Assembly: GCA_030167865.1 (NCBI GenBank)
Contig: JALAGF010004655.1
Coordinates: forward strand, 1-64,000
Origin: Craspedostauros australis
Lineage: Eukaryota
Reading direction: 5' to 3'
DNA length: 64,000 nt
Of this stretch, positions 13,348 to 24,860 are shown one piece after another. How positions within the stretch are numbered: the stretch's first letter is position 1; the number at the start of each line of letters is the position of its first letter. A model generated the notes under the pieces. It was not told where the DNA came from. It made no database searches and saw nothing but the letters and a program-made list of their open reading frames with translations. The position numbers and the translations under genes are program-made.

Positions 13348-14013
13348 ATGTCATCGTGGGAGAGGGCGCGCTTCATTCCATGGTCGCATATCCCCAGCGA
13401 CCACAACGTCGCGGACGGCAAGGATCTCACGAACACGAAGGAAAGGATATTCCGCCAGCTGCAGAGGGAGGGGCAAGACGAGCACCAGGCTGCGTTGGAA
13501 CAGCGTCATGACCAGGCAGCGGTGCTTGTGGGCGGTGACGCCGGCGCAGCAGCCGATTCGGCCACGACGGGATCGTCATCAAGCGGCATCACGAATTCTG
13601 CAATTCTATCATCCCGCGTGCCGTTCCAGTGGATGGACCTGTTCAAGTCGGCCGCATTCGGTGGTTGCATCGGCAGCATCACTGGTTCGGTCTTTGGCTT
13701 CATGGATGGCATGCGCGGCGTCGGCGAATCGTCCGTCCTCAAGAATGCCTCCAACATGGCCAAGGCCCGATACCTCATGCAGGGCACGTCGCGGTCGGCG
13801 ACCATCTTCGGCACCTTCTTCGGAGGATTTCACGTCGTCAAGTACGGCGCACGCGTCACCATCGATCCCGGCGAATTCGGCGAGATCGCGATCGCGTCCG
13901 TGGCCTCCATGAGCGGTCTCCTGTACAAGCCGGCCTTCCGTCAGGCTGTGCCTTACGCCACCATGCTCATCCTCATGGACAGCGTCCATCTCGTAATGAA
14001 GCATTTTGAATGA
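13348..14013 (+). CDS. Tim17/Tim22/Tim23-family or Romo1/Mgr2-like mitochondrial inner-membrane protein
   Basis: Gly-rich hydrophobic helices (AAFGGCIGSITGSVFG; SATIFGTFFGGF); coding codon bias; head-to-head with GRX3. Family assignment is by resemblance. Confidence 0.6.
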   Translation: MSSWERARFIPWSHIPSDHNVADGKDLTNTKERIFRQLQREGQDEHQAALEQRHDQAAVLVGGDAGAAADSATTGSSSSGITNSAILSSRVPFQWMDLFKSAAFGGCIGSITGSVFGFMDGMRGVGESSVLKNASNMAKARYLMQGTSRSATIFGTFFGGFHVVKYGARVTIDPGEFGEIAIASVASMSGLLYKPAFRQAVPYATMLILMDSVHLVMKHFE

Positions 14014-15651
14014 AGAGGAAATGGTCGCTCAGCAGTATGACGTGGCACTTACTTTGGCAACAAGCATCAATGGGCTGCGATAGAAACAGCGAGGCTCAGA
14101 ATCAACTGGATTCGCTGCCAATGGCCAATTGCATTGCAGCCTACGCATCTGAGCGCCGCACCATGCTCGCTTTGGCATCAATCAAAAAGACAACCCCCAG
14201 AGAATGCTCTGCTCTATTCAATGCACGCAGCCTGGTATGTTACGAAGAGCGTACAATTTCATTGAAGCGACCCCCGTTCTGCGGTGGGATCGATCGTGCA
14301 TTCAAACCGACAACCATGCACGCAAAACAAGCCGTGGTGTGCGACGGCTGAAGCTGCGGCTGGCTGAACCACAGATTGCGATGCGGAAGTAACATCTCAA
14401 TTCACACCTTGCGTCCGGACAACACACCATCATGCTCTACTATACTCCAATCTAATACAGTAAGCTCTATTCTATATCACTCTCTCCGCTCTTTGTCTTA
14501 CGCTTTCCCGAGCTGCTGTTAGCTGGCGATACCGATGGCAATACTCCAAGGCGTCCACCATGACCCATCCTACCGCCTCTTCTGATTCCGGAATGTGTTC
14601 TGCACAATGTTGACGAAAGTAGCCACGAAAGTCGCCACGAAAGCCGAACAGCCATGTCCTGCGAACACACAGACATTTCATCGTCTCCTCTATTTCTGTC
14701 CATACAGACATTCAAACAGACAGACAACAAACAACCGTATTTTCTATACACAGACATACAACATTTCTATCAATAGACAGACAGTCAACACGACTAAATC
14801 AGCATGATGGGTTCGATCTCGTGGAGGTTTCTCGTTATCGACTCGTGGAGTCACTCGCCTCCCAACTCTGTGACGTACAGGAACATCCAAGAAATGAGCT
14901 GAACAAAACTCTCCACCCAAACATCGCACAAACAAATCCAAGGAATTCATTCCCAATCCAACGATAAGCGAAAGTGGTGATTGCTTCTTACGAGAGGTCA
15001 GGATGTGGTGTGATCGATTCCCTCAGACAATTGCGACGGACGGGGATGATTATGGTACCGCAATTTGCGATTCGTGCATCGTGTTGTGATGCCCCGTGAG
15101 GGAGTCGGCGAGTGCGGTGAGATGAGCAATGTGAGCACGGTGGACAGAGCGCCGATTTGCATGGAGTATTCCACGATTCGCTCTTTGGTTGCGTATGGCT
15201 TCGAGACATCGATCAATCATTCTGCGACATGGCGGATTTAGAGCCGCTGCGAGGCTACGCATGAGTACACGCATTGGACTTGACTTCGGCTATGCACAAA
15301 TAGGAGAGGACGATTTTGATTCGAGGAGACTAATCCTTCAGGTTTTCTATTCTCCCTCCTACTCGTACTGTGGCGCACAATATCTCTTCTGCGCGGCTTG
15401 CACGATGACCCCCTGCCATACTTTGCCATGCTGCGCTTCTCTATCTCACTTTCATTTCACCCCGTGTCGTCTTGGCACTTCGCACTTTGCTGCTGCGACG
15501 CCGAATTTGCTTTGCTTCCGCGTCGCTTCTGCGATTACGAGTGCAAGTGCGACCTGGGGGAACTATGTGGCGCTCCGTTGTCCGGATATCGTCCGCGGCA
15601 GGAGAGTGAAATCTCATCTCGCCCAATTGAAGCACATTTGTTGGAGCGCCT

Positions 15652-16437
15652 TCACGTCTTGTCGGATTGATACAGCTTCTTGTACTCGTCCATCATGACC
15701 GCGTCTTCCTTGATCATGCCAAGTAGTTTGCAGTTGGCTTCAAGGAAAATTTGGTACGCGTCATGGTCGGAGCATGGAGATTTGGCACGTATCTGCGCCC
15801 TCACCGTGCTGTAAGTGTCCGTGACGTATTGCCTCGAATGAACAATCGTTTCCAAACCGTTGCTCATGCGAGTCTTGATCACCTTGCACCGGCGCTGCTT
15901 GGACTTGGTGCTGGACTTGTACTGGTCTTGCAGCCCATCGCGGATGCTCTGACTGATTTTCTCGCGCGCGAAGCCGCTGCTGCATCTCATCCAGCACTGA
16001 CCGTCAGCGCTGCGCTTGACGAATCCGCTATGTAACGACCACGAGTCCACAGCCCTAGCGATCTCGGAAACGATGATGCTCTTTTGCAGCCGGCTGGTCG
16101 CGTTGGAGTATCGTGGGAGAGCGGCTTCGATGAGCCGTCTGTATTTGACGTTGCCTGGGTGATGCCAGTATACCGTGCCTCTCACACAAATGACGTGATC
16201 AGGTTCAGGAGTGAAAGAGTCTGGAAGAACCTGATTGACTCCGTAGTTCATGCTGTCATTGATTCGCGTGGTGGTGTAGAATGCTGCTGCTGTTGTTGTT
16301 TCTGTTTTTGTTGCTGCGTCTGTTGTGTGATGGGACTCAATGCTACAGGCACATTGACAATGCTTGTGCCGACGCCTGCACCTGCGGATATCCAAGCAAT
16401 CTCCAGTGGTGAGTTGTTTCAGCAGATCCTTTGCCAT
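15652..16437 (-). CDS. Short DUF6824-domain protein (copy A); alternative start at 16251
   Basis: DHVICVRG..HPGNVKYRRLI..Y..KSIIVSEI..GFVK..W..AREKISQSIRD..YKSS. Confidence 0.8.
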   Translation of the reverse strand: MAKDLLKQLTTGDCLDIRRCRRRHKHCQCACSIESHHTTDAATKTETTTAAAFYTTTRINDSMNYGVNQVLPDSFTPEPDHVICVRGTVYWHHPGNVKYRRLIEAALPRYSNATSRLQKSIIVSEIARAVDSWSLHSGFVKRSADGQCWMRCSSGFAREKISQSIRDGLQDQYKSSTKSKQRRCKVIKTRMSNGLETIVHSRQYVTDTYSTVRAQIRAKSPCSDHDAYQIFLEANCKLLGMIKEDAVMMDEYKKLYQSDKT

Positions 16438-16850
16438 TTGCTGATTTGTGTTTCCTCAGGAGGCTCCCTTCGCCAGTCCGATTTTGTGACCAACAGGAGG
16501 CGCAAGTCCCACCAAGGCATCCCGTGCATGAGTACTGGTGACGTGACGTGTGGTCGCTGATGATCCGAATGTGTTCCCATGAATCAGACAGAACCACAAC
16601 GAAAAATAAGACTTTATTGCGACGCTCAGGAGACAAATACACCACCAGATAATTAACAAAACCGTCACGAAGAGCTGTTTTTTCTTCTCCAATCCATAAG
16701 CACAGATCGTCTATTCAACGCCAAGACTTGATCCAGCACAAAGTCCAATTCATCGAACAATCGCGAACTTCGCTCCTTCTCCACACAATAGCGACAGAAA
16801 CAACGAGGAAAGTTTGCGTGGGTCACTGTTCGACTCTTGTATCGCACTGA

Positions 16851-16950
16851 ATCGTCCTGCATCGTACTGCACCCTACTGCACCGTACTGCACCGTACTGC
16901 ACCCTACTGCACCCTACTGCACCGTACTGCAACGTACTGCACCCTACTGC
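16851..16950. repeat. 10-bp minisatellite, 10 copies of ACC(G/C)TACTGC
   Basis: Directly visible tandem array in perfect 10-nt register. Confidence 0.95.
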
Positions 16951-17616
16951 ATGATGCGTGCCCCGAACACGAGTCGGATCGATGTGGAACAAACCCGGAC
17001 GCGAAGCCGCTCCCACAACCGCGCAAATGAGTTGAACGGTCTTTACCTCATATGATCCGTGATGTATTGCATCGTAAATACGGATAGCAAGAGACGGATG
17101 CGACCTGATCTCTGCCAATGGGCACGCGCTTCTACTGCTGCTACGAGGACCGATAGTCCTGAAGAGACAGCATCTGCAATTTCAGACGGCTCCAGCTAGC
17201 TTGAGTTGGGAATGCTTGAGACTGATTCTAGAGAGGTTATGTGAAGTGGAGGATTCTGCTTAATCCCTGCAGGTATGCTCATTCGATCCTGATCGATCCA
17301 ACAATCGGACGTTGCGAGCTGTGATGCCCTGAGACGCTGGTGGCGGCTGCATGAACTGATTGACAGGGAACCAAATCCAATCCAAGAAGCTGAAGATATA
17401 TGAGTGCTGTGCTGGCATTCCTCCTCTTCCGAATCGTGGAGCAATGGACATCGACAACTCCATACAGCAATTGGGACTTCACTCTTGCGCCTTCCATGAT
17501 TCGATCGCCCGATGCGGGCCAAGGCAAAGCGATCGTCGCGGTGACAGCGGCAGCAGCAGCTGCAAATGCTGGAAGCGTGCTCGTGCCGAGATGTGAGCAA
17601 TATGAACTTTGCGATG

Positions 17617-19070
17617 TCATTTTCGTGCTTCCAGGAATCCAAGAATGGAGGCGCAAGCACCGCTCTGTTAAAACAGTATGTGTCCTTTCTCGTGCAATAT
17701 GATGGTTGGTTGATGGAAGGCCGCAACAAGATGTCGGCTCAGCTGTTGTACTACCCCGCGTATCCAGTTTCCCAATCATGTGCATCGATGAAACTCTCAG
17801 CAAGCCATTCCAACGGTTCATCTGAATTTGATTGCTTTCGGTGATATGGGTGGTGTTTGCGTTGGTGTCTTTTGATGTGGAAGCGATGGCTGATGCTGAT
17901 CCAGACTCTTCCAGGCAAGCCTGATTGAAGAAGCATGCAGGAAATCCGCTGGCGGGAATCAAGCCACCGACGTGCATCCACGGGGAGTTGTCGGCTGTGT
18001 GAATGTGAGCATTATGGCCACGGCCACAGCCACTGTCACGGCAAGCATAATCCCTGCCTGGTTCTGCGGTTGGTTTCGCAATTGGCGTTCGCCTTGTCGC
18101 TGATGCCGTCGTGATAGCAGATTCGCGAGATGGCATTGCTGGTCGCGCTGCTCGTCCATCGGCTCTTTCATGGCACCTGTGTACGATCTGAGCGATGATG
18201 TGCAGCAGAACCGCGCCCTGCGAGAAACCAACCAAGCAGTGTCTTGGTTCATGCGCGTCCTTGGACGGGAGGTTTCCGTGTTGGTTTCTGCATGCCAACT
18301 GTAGGATTCTCGCGAGCTCCAGTTCGACATGACGGAGGGATTCGTCAAGTCCATGATACGGTGTGGGGGTGCCTCTCTGACTCTTGCTTTCATCGGTTGG
18401 ATCATTTGCATCGTAGAGGAACCATGCTCGGGCATCAGGTCGTGATCACGTTTTTTCAGGTCGCTGTGTTGTTTGCTGCGACTTTGACTTTGACTGCACT
18501 TGCGACTGCGCTTGTGACGACGACGGAGATACGGTCGCTGTGCTGGTAGCTTCCATGTTGCTCTCTCTCTTGAGAATTTATCGGCTGTCGGAGCTTCTAC
18601 CGAACGTGGCGTTGGAAACGGTGCTTGCTTTCGTCTTCCTCTTGATGTGGGGATCTGTGGTCTGACAGATGGCGGCGGAAGTAAGTGTGGTGCTTGCAGG
18701 AAGTAGCATTGGTGTAACTCGCGCTGCAGCTTCCTGCGCACGTGCGCGCGTCCATGTACCAGCGCGAGTGGAAGATGAGAATGGTAGATGTTCACGCATG
18801 GGATGTTGCGATCGGGCGAGATGTGTGAGAGATGCGGAGCTCCGGCCGTGCTGTGTGGAGGGAGGTCTTCCATGAATGTAGCATGACGCTGCGCTCTTGA
18901 TATCCTGGCCATCTGAAACACTGCGAGAACCAATGATCGGTTCCTCACCTTGTCAATGTCTGTGTCCGCGACATCATCACATGGCGATTCTGAGCCCATC
19001 CATGGATGAAGACGACATGATGAGATGACATGCTTGTGTTGGCAGTCGCCATTCCGATGTTTGAGCTCAT
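17617..19070 (-). pseudogene. FSH1/OVCA2-type serine hydrolase pseudogene (copy A)
   Basis: Pieces across frames: FIHGWAQN, GT-AG intron 18948-18734, FLQAPHLLP, ARAWFLY..YHGLDESL, VGFSQGA, ASGF, SMHMIGKLD, HEKGH. Lesions: frameshift at AG repeat ~18561-18570, TGA 18446-18448, frameshift in C-run 17754-17757, TAA 17668-17670. Confidence 0.85.
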
Positions 19071-20214
19071 CGCTTGTGTCGTGCCTTGCGCTCGCTGTCT
19101 CCTTGGGGGAGGGAACGAGACGCAGCGAGGTTGTTTGGTCACTCGACACTCTTGTGGATCGTCATCGGCATCTTTGCGGATGGTTGTCGGCAACTTCTTT
19201 GTGGTTCCGCGCCATCACATTCTTGCACGAACCAGCGCGCGAAACGTTCTTGTCTCCTTCTCATTTTTAGTCGAATTATTCGACGAATTCGATCAAAATT
19301 ATACGGTAAAATACCATTTTAATATATATTTGTAAACTAATACGAACACTTGTCCGTGATATGTCCGTCCAAAGTACTACTGATCGCGAACACTGTTCGT
19401 GAACAATGTTCAACGGACATTTGGAAACCAGGGCAAATTACAAAAACTTTACTTATTACTTCTATGACATAATCGGATATTTAGTTCGAAACAAGCTGTA
19501 TGGAATATATGACGGACAGTATCGGACAATCGTTAGAGAGGAACGCGATTCGATTCGAGGCATTCGCCAGACAAAAACAATAATGTCACCACACAAAGTC
19601 GGGATTAGCATCAACGAAGCCCGTCACGAGTTCAGTCGTGATGGAAGAATGGCGACCACCGTGACCACCACACCACAACATGAGGCAAACTGATCGTGCT
19701 GATGAATGGAGGCAAGCACGCGGACGACGAGGACGATGACGATGACGAGGACGATGACTGCGGCGCCACATCTACTGGAAGTACGACGATCAGGAGTATG
19801 TCCAATGATTCGTGAGAGAGAGCCTTTCTGAGCAACAGCAATACCAGCAGAGCTCTGCAGATGAATACATCGATTACTTTCACTGCCATCTGGAGGAACG
19901 GGGCTGTCGCTGGAGCGCATTGCAGCACGAGTGGAGCAGCAAGAATCGAATTGCACTGCATGAAGACTACAAGTAGAAAGCGCATCGAAGAGGCGTGCAT
20001 ATGAGGGCGCGAGTGCAAGCAAGAGTCCGAGTACGAGTTCTTAAAATTGGGCTACGATTCTCCAGAGAGAACTCTTCAAAATCCCCATCCCCTCTCGAAT
20101 GGTCACCGCCTGCGCGTTCTGATCGAGCTATGCCAGATCACATCACATGACATCATGGCATGGCATGGCATGCTGTGCTGTGCTGTGAAATGCTGAAGGA
20201 TCGGACTGCGATCA

Positions 20215-20904
20215 TCATCTTCCCGACAGGAAGACCGTCTTGTACTCCTCTATCAGCGATGTGTCCTCCTTGATCGTTTCAAGCAGCTTCGTGTTTGCTT
20301 GCAAGAACACTTCAAGGATGATCTCATCGGAGCACGGTGCTTTGGAGTCCATTTGCTCCCTCACAGAGTCGTACATTTCCACGACGTATGGTCTTGATTG
20401 CACGATGGCTTCCAGCCCGCGATTCACTCGAGTTTTGATCGCCTTGCCTCGCAGCTTCTTCGATCTGGTGCTGGACTTGTACTGATCCTGCAATCTATCG
20501 CGGATGCTCTGGCCGATCTTCTCCCTCACAAAATCGGTGCTGCATCTCACCCAATACTGCCCGTCAGCGCTGCGCTTGACGAATCCGCTGTGCGGGGACC
20601 ATGCGTCGATAGCATCGGCAATCTCGGAAACGATGATGCTCTTTTGCAGTCGGAAAGTTGCCCTCGAGTATCGTGGGATGGCATACTCGATGAGATGTCT
20701 GTACATGACGTTTCCTTGATGATGCCAGTACCCCGTGCCTCTCGCGCAGATCACTTGGTCAGGTCTCGGAGTGAAGCAGTCGGAAAGAACACGATCGACC
20801 TTGTCTTCTGTCTCAATGCGGCCGATATGCTCGAAGGATAATACTGGCGATGGTCGCTGAGGCTGTTGCCCCTGTTGTTCTGGCGTTTCCTGCTGCTGTT
20901 GCAT
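20215..20904 (-). CDS. Short DUF6824-domain protein (copy B, close paralog of 15652-16437)
   Basis: DQVICARG..HQGNVMYRHLI..KSIIVSEI..GFVKRSADGQ.W..REKIGQSIRD..YKSS; long identical nucleotide stretches shared with copy A. Confidence 0.85.
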   Translation of the reverse strand: MQQQQETPEQQGQQPQRPSPVLSFEHIGRIETEDKVDRVLSDCFTPRPDQVICARGTGYWHHQGNVMYRHLIEYAIPRYSRATFRLQKSIIVSEIADAIDAWSPHSGFVKRSADGQYWVRCSTDFVREKIGQSIRDRLQDQYKSSTRSKKLRGKAIKTRVNRGLEAIVQSRPYVVEMYDSVREQMDSKAPCSDEIILEVFLQANTKLLETIKEDTSLIEEYKTVFLSGR

Positions 20905-21839
20905 CGTGATACGCTGCGATACGTGCCTGTTTGTTTTGGTTGTGGCTGCGGCTGCGGCTACGGCTGAAGCGGAGGTGGAGGTTGTGGGAGAGCCTGTGTC
21001 AGATTATATGGCAATGTTCTTGATGTTGCGGGCGATTTGTGGTTACGAGATGCTTTTGCATTCGTTGCTGCCGTTCCTGTCGTTGCGTTTGTGTTTACGG
21101 ATGATTTGATTTGATGTCCGACGTGATGTGATGTTGTTTGTCGGCTTCATTTTGTGAGCGTGAAAAAGCAAGTGTCCGCCAAATCACGAGACATCGCCGC
21201 CAGGGCTGTGTGTTTTGTGAAAGACATGCCTCCAATAACGTTCCTGGTAAAGCCCAAGGGCGAATTGCGACACGTAGGCGACAGAACGCAGACACTCGAA
21301 CCACGAGTTACTTAGCCGGATTTTGTCATGTCGGTGCCGTCTCCAAGTCATCCAACTACACGACAGACACCGCAGACCTTTTCACGATCTCCGATTCGTG
21401 TTCCAACAGTTAGACGACGACATTCCAACCTTTCTGGTATGCGGCTACAATCAAATTGGAAGATCACTGTTTGGGTGGATGGATCGCAGGCACCTCTGGT
21501 TCGAGGTCAACCATGACCATGGGTAGTACTGGTGGATGAGTCTGTTTGAATCTGTGGAACTGATGTGATGTTGATTGGAAAGACGCGACCGAGAAAGATC
21601 TTTCGACATCTCGGGGTCCCTCTTTGCTCTCTTTCTCGACAGAGAGCGAGGAAGTACCGGGTGCATTTACACAAGAGTTGTTGCGATCAGTGATGCCGCA
21701 ACAGAGTGGTATAGATACGGTCTGGCATGGCATCTATTTGAATGTAGTGTCACGGCGTCTATACTGTTATCCGGGTTTGGGGTGTAGTTAGGAATGGGTT
21801 GATGTGATAGTCTGGCATGATCCCTGAACGGATGGTGGT

Positions 21840-22810
21840 TTACACGTGCCAATTGGATGGAACCTCCTGCGAGCGACGAGCGCCATCGCTGCAGCCACAG
21901 ATCGCGTTGATGCCGCAGCTTGCCGCTCGATTCCGACTGCTACTTGACGTCGGCGGGTTGCTTTCCGGTTGCGTCTTCTGACATGTTGACAAAAACGTGT
22001 CGGCACGGCTGTTGACATCAGTCGCTACTGAATGAGCATCGTTTGATATGAAAACGATGGCTGCTGTGCGAGATGCAACGCATGCAGGGAATCCACTGAC
22101 GAGAATCGCCGTCACGGTCATGCCATGTTCATCGGCGTGATGGCAATTGCAGTCGTTTCCATCTCCGTTTGCCTCTGCACTTCGCATGGTAGTTGGCCGT
22201 ACGATTGGCGTCGCTGTTGGCGTTCGCCCTGTTGTTGATGCCGTTGCAGCAGCTGTCGTACGATGTATAACATGGCATATGCAATTGTATCTCTGCGCGT
22301 GCAACAAACCGTCGGTATCAACCTCTGTCTCCTCGTCGCACGAAGCAATCATCGATGGTCATCGCATCCTTGCGAGTAGCGTTGCCATCTTGGCTTACAT
22401 TCGGCATCCCCTTGGTTCTCCAGAACTCCTGTTCGATACGGCGGAGGAATCCGGCAAGTGCATGATGAAACGTGGAGACGCCTTGGTGGCGCTTGCGTTG
22501 ATCGGCTGAATCATTCGCATGGTGAAGCATATCCGTACTCGAGGATCAGTGTGTGATCGTGGCTCGAATGAATGTTGTGATGCTTGGCTCACTTGCGTAC
22601 TCTTGCTGATGTTGTTGGTGCAGGGGCCTGTGGGTTGGCTGATTATCGCGGGAGGAGATGTGGTGCTGCGCTTTTCTCACATCCGATCACTCCTCACACC
22701 GGCTCTGCGCCTTATTCCACACCTTGCCCATGCCTGCGTCCCGTGACATCATGGCATAGCGATTCGGAGCCCAGCCATGGATGACAGCACACTGTGGCGA
22801 GTTGGCGCAT
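21840..22810 (-). pseudogene. Heavily decayed FSH1-type serine hydrolase pseudogene (copy B)
   Basis: Collinear remnants: VIHGWAPNRYAMMSR, APHLLP, LHHANDSADQRKRHQGVSTFHHALAGFLRRIEQEF (vs LYDANDPTDESKSQRGTPTPYHGLDESLRHVELEL in copy A), GLLHA replacing GFSQG, LVSGFPAC. 22738-22784 matches 18964-19009 at the DNA level. Confidence 0.8.
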
Positions 22811-23220
22811 CAATGATGGACATTCCGATGCGTTGCGATGCGCCTGTTGAAGTGCAGCCTCGCGTCACGTCGCTTCATCTCGTCTCATGCCCAGATTGTC
22901 TCTTGTCTCGTGTGGAACGGTGTGCGAGGGAGCGGACCAGAGGTATGGGCGATGCACAGGTGATGTCTGTGGGCATTGCGTTGCCGATGTCATCATGGTT
23001 TCGCTGTTGCGCGAATTCGACACACGAGAGATGCGGCATGTTTCATCATCCATTTCCGAAGGATACTATGTGGCGGTAAATTATACATAAACCATAGTTG
23101 TACAGGAGTATCTTGGCGTACTTGGATAGACTCGAAAGAGATGGAGGGAAATTCGACACGAACAAACAGCAAACAAACACAAAGCAAGGCAAGTGGGGTG
23201 GATCCATCCGTGTGTGTTTG

Positions 23221-24495
23221 ATGGCGCTGTCGCAACTCTTGTTGCTGTTGGTTCTGGCTTTGCTCATGCTCCTTGCAAACCGGATGCACACAAAGAAACC
23301 AAAACTCGAGGGAAGGACGCGCACCATGACGCCCAATACAGACAAAGCTGAGATGGCGGAAGTGACAGGCAAGCCAACGATGAGTAGCGTGGGAAGTTTG
23401 GATGGCAAGACAGCAGCGTCTGTCACGGGCGAACTCCCGTCTTGGCGATCCACTCTACCGCTTGGGTGGACGCAGGTCAAGCGCAAGATGAGGCCGATCA
23501 GCACAACGGCCAAAGCTCGTAGCGGTGGAGGAATGGGAGGGTGGATGGAGACAAAAACAAAGACGAGCAACAAACGGCGGCGCAAGGCATCGGATGGTCA
23601 AGTTCCTGCCAGCGGCAACACGAATTTGGACGCCGGCGATGAAGGCGACTACTTCTGCGATGGTCCCTCCTGCGGACCACGATGGCACACTAATCGAGGG
23701 CCCATCAAGTCCAAAACGATGAGCACCACCAAAGCCAATCAAGGCGCAGTCGCCAATGATGCTATTGTTTCTGGCATGCACGACGGTGATGGCGCAGCGA
23801 ACGAGACGACGAAGTCAGGCAGGGCAATCTTCTGCCTGCTTGGTCCCAATCCATCATGGGTGCAGGGTTACTTTGTTCCGAAGAAGATGAAGCCAACGAC
23901 GAAGACGACCAAGGTTGTGCAAGGTGTCAGTTTCCAAGGAGCTGGTGTTATCGTGGGTGACCAAAGCAACAGCGCAGGCCGCAACAAGCCATGGGGGATG
24001 CTGGCAACACAGCAAGAGATAGATGAGTGCCTGCAGTGCGCCGACGGCGGCTACCGACGGCTAAACTTGGATGTCTTTCCGTACGGACGACACTCGAGCC
24101 ACGCTTCAAACGCGCCCGGCGTCAATGCCAACAACAAGATCACGCTGCGCGACATCGATTGGACCGGTGGCGACATGATGAGGCTGTGTTCTGACGGCAT
24201 CTTCATGGAAGCAGAGAAGATCTACACGGGGCCAGCGGTCGCCACGTTCATGGAGCGCTACTTCTTCCAACTCGTATGCAACTTGTTGCAGCGTCATGGA
24301 GAAACTGGGTTTGATACCAACAATGGTGATGGCGATGGTGGGGCAAACGACGCAACGAATGCAGGCAACATTGCCGTTGCGAAGCGAAGGGCGGTGAGAC
24401 GATTGCTCGCGCTTGTACCAGACATCGCGATAGTGGTAGGTGCCATGGAACTCGACATGACCACCATGAATAACGAGGACAGTAAGAAATTGTGA
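23221..24495 (+). CDS. Hypothetical protein with N-terminal signal/anchor, low-complexity stem and globular C-terminal region
   Basis: Uninterrupted ORF of ~425 codons; hydrophobic N-terminus MALSQLLLLLVLALLMLL; no family recognised. Confidence 0.6.
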   Translation: MALSQLLLLLVLALLMLLANRMHTKKPKLEGRTRTMTPNTDKAEMAEVTGKPTMSSVGSLDGKTAASVTGELPSWRSTLPLGWTQVKRKMRPISTTAKARSGGGMGGWMETKTKTSNKRRRKASDGQVPASGNTNLDAGDEGDYFCDGPSCGPRWHTNRGPIKSKTMSTTKANQGAVANDAIVSGMHDGDGAANETTKSGRAIFCLLGPNPSWVQGYFVPKKMKPTTKTTKVVQGVSFQGAGVIVGDQSNSAGRNKPWGMLATQQEIDECLQCADGGYRRLNLDVFPYGRHSSHASNAPGVNANNKITLRDIDWTGGDMMRLCSDGIFMEAEKIYTGPAVATFMERYFFQLVCNLLQRHGETGFDTNNGDGDGGANDATNAGNIAVAKRRAVRRLLALVPDIAIVVGAMELDMTTMNNEDSKKL

Positions 24496-24860
24496 GCATA
24501 CTCACAATCGCTCCAGCAGCATGTTGGACGTACTCGTATGTTTGGTGCATTCTGCAACACCCTCAGAAGGTGCTTCTCCACACGCAGTTTCCGCGTACAG
24601 CCTAGACTGTAACAGAAAGGTAGACGTGATTTTTGGAAGCGTTTCGGGATGCAAAATGATGACGTTTTTCGACGAGAAGAAGATCATCAACAACACACCA
24701 CACCACAACACGCGCACACACAAGTTCAACCCAATGCCGACATCAACGTCAATGAAGGTCACAACAGCACCCGCATAGCACGTACCACGCGACACAATTC
24801 CAATACTCTGCACTGCATAGCTGCATCACTCACCACAATCCCAAACACCATCCATCCACC

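Noticed and set aside
16851-16950. Tandem arrays (also 51691-51802) as CRISPR or telomeric repeats
   Set aside because: No spacers, no cas genes, eukaryotic context, and the units are not TTAGGG-like.
18446-18448. In-frame TGA as possible selenocysteine or readthrough
   Set aside because: Lies in a non-conserved linker and is accompanied by frameshifts and a TAA, so ordinary decay is more likely.
17959-19149. 396-aa and 339-aa minus-strand ORFs (17959-19149, 17279-18298) as independent genes
   Set aside because: Each carries only part of the FSH1 motifs; they are frameshifted pieces of one pseudogene.
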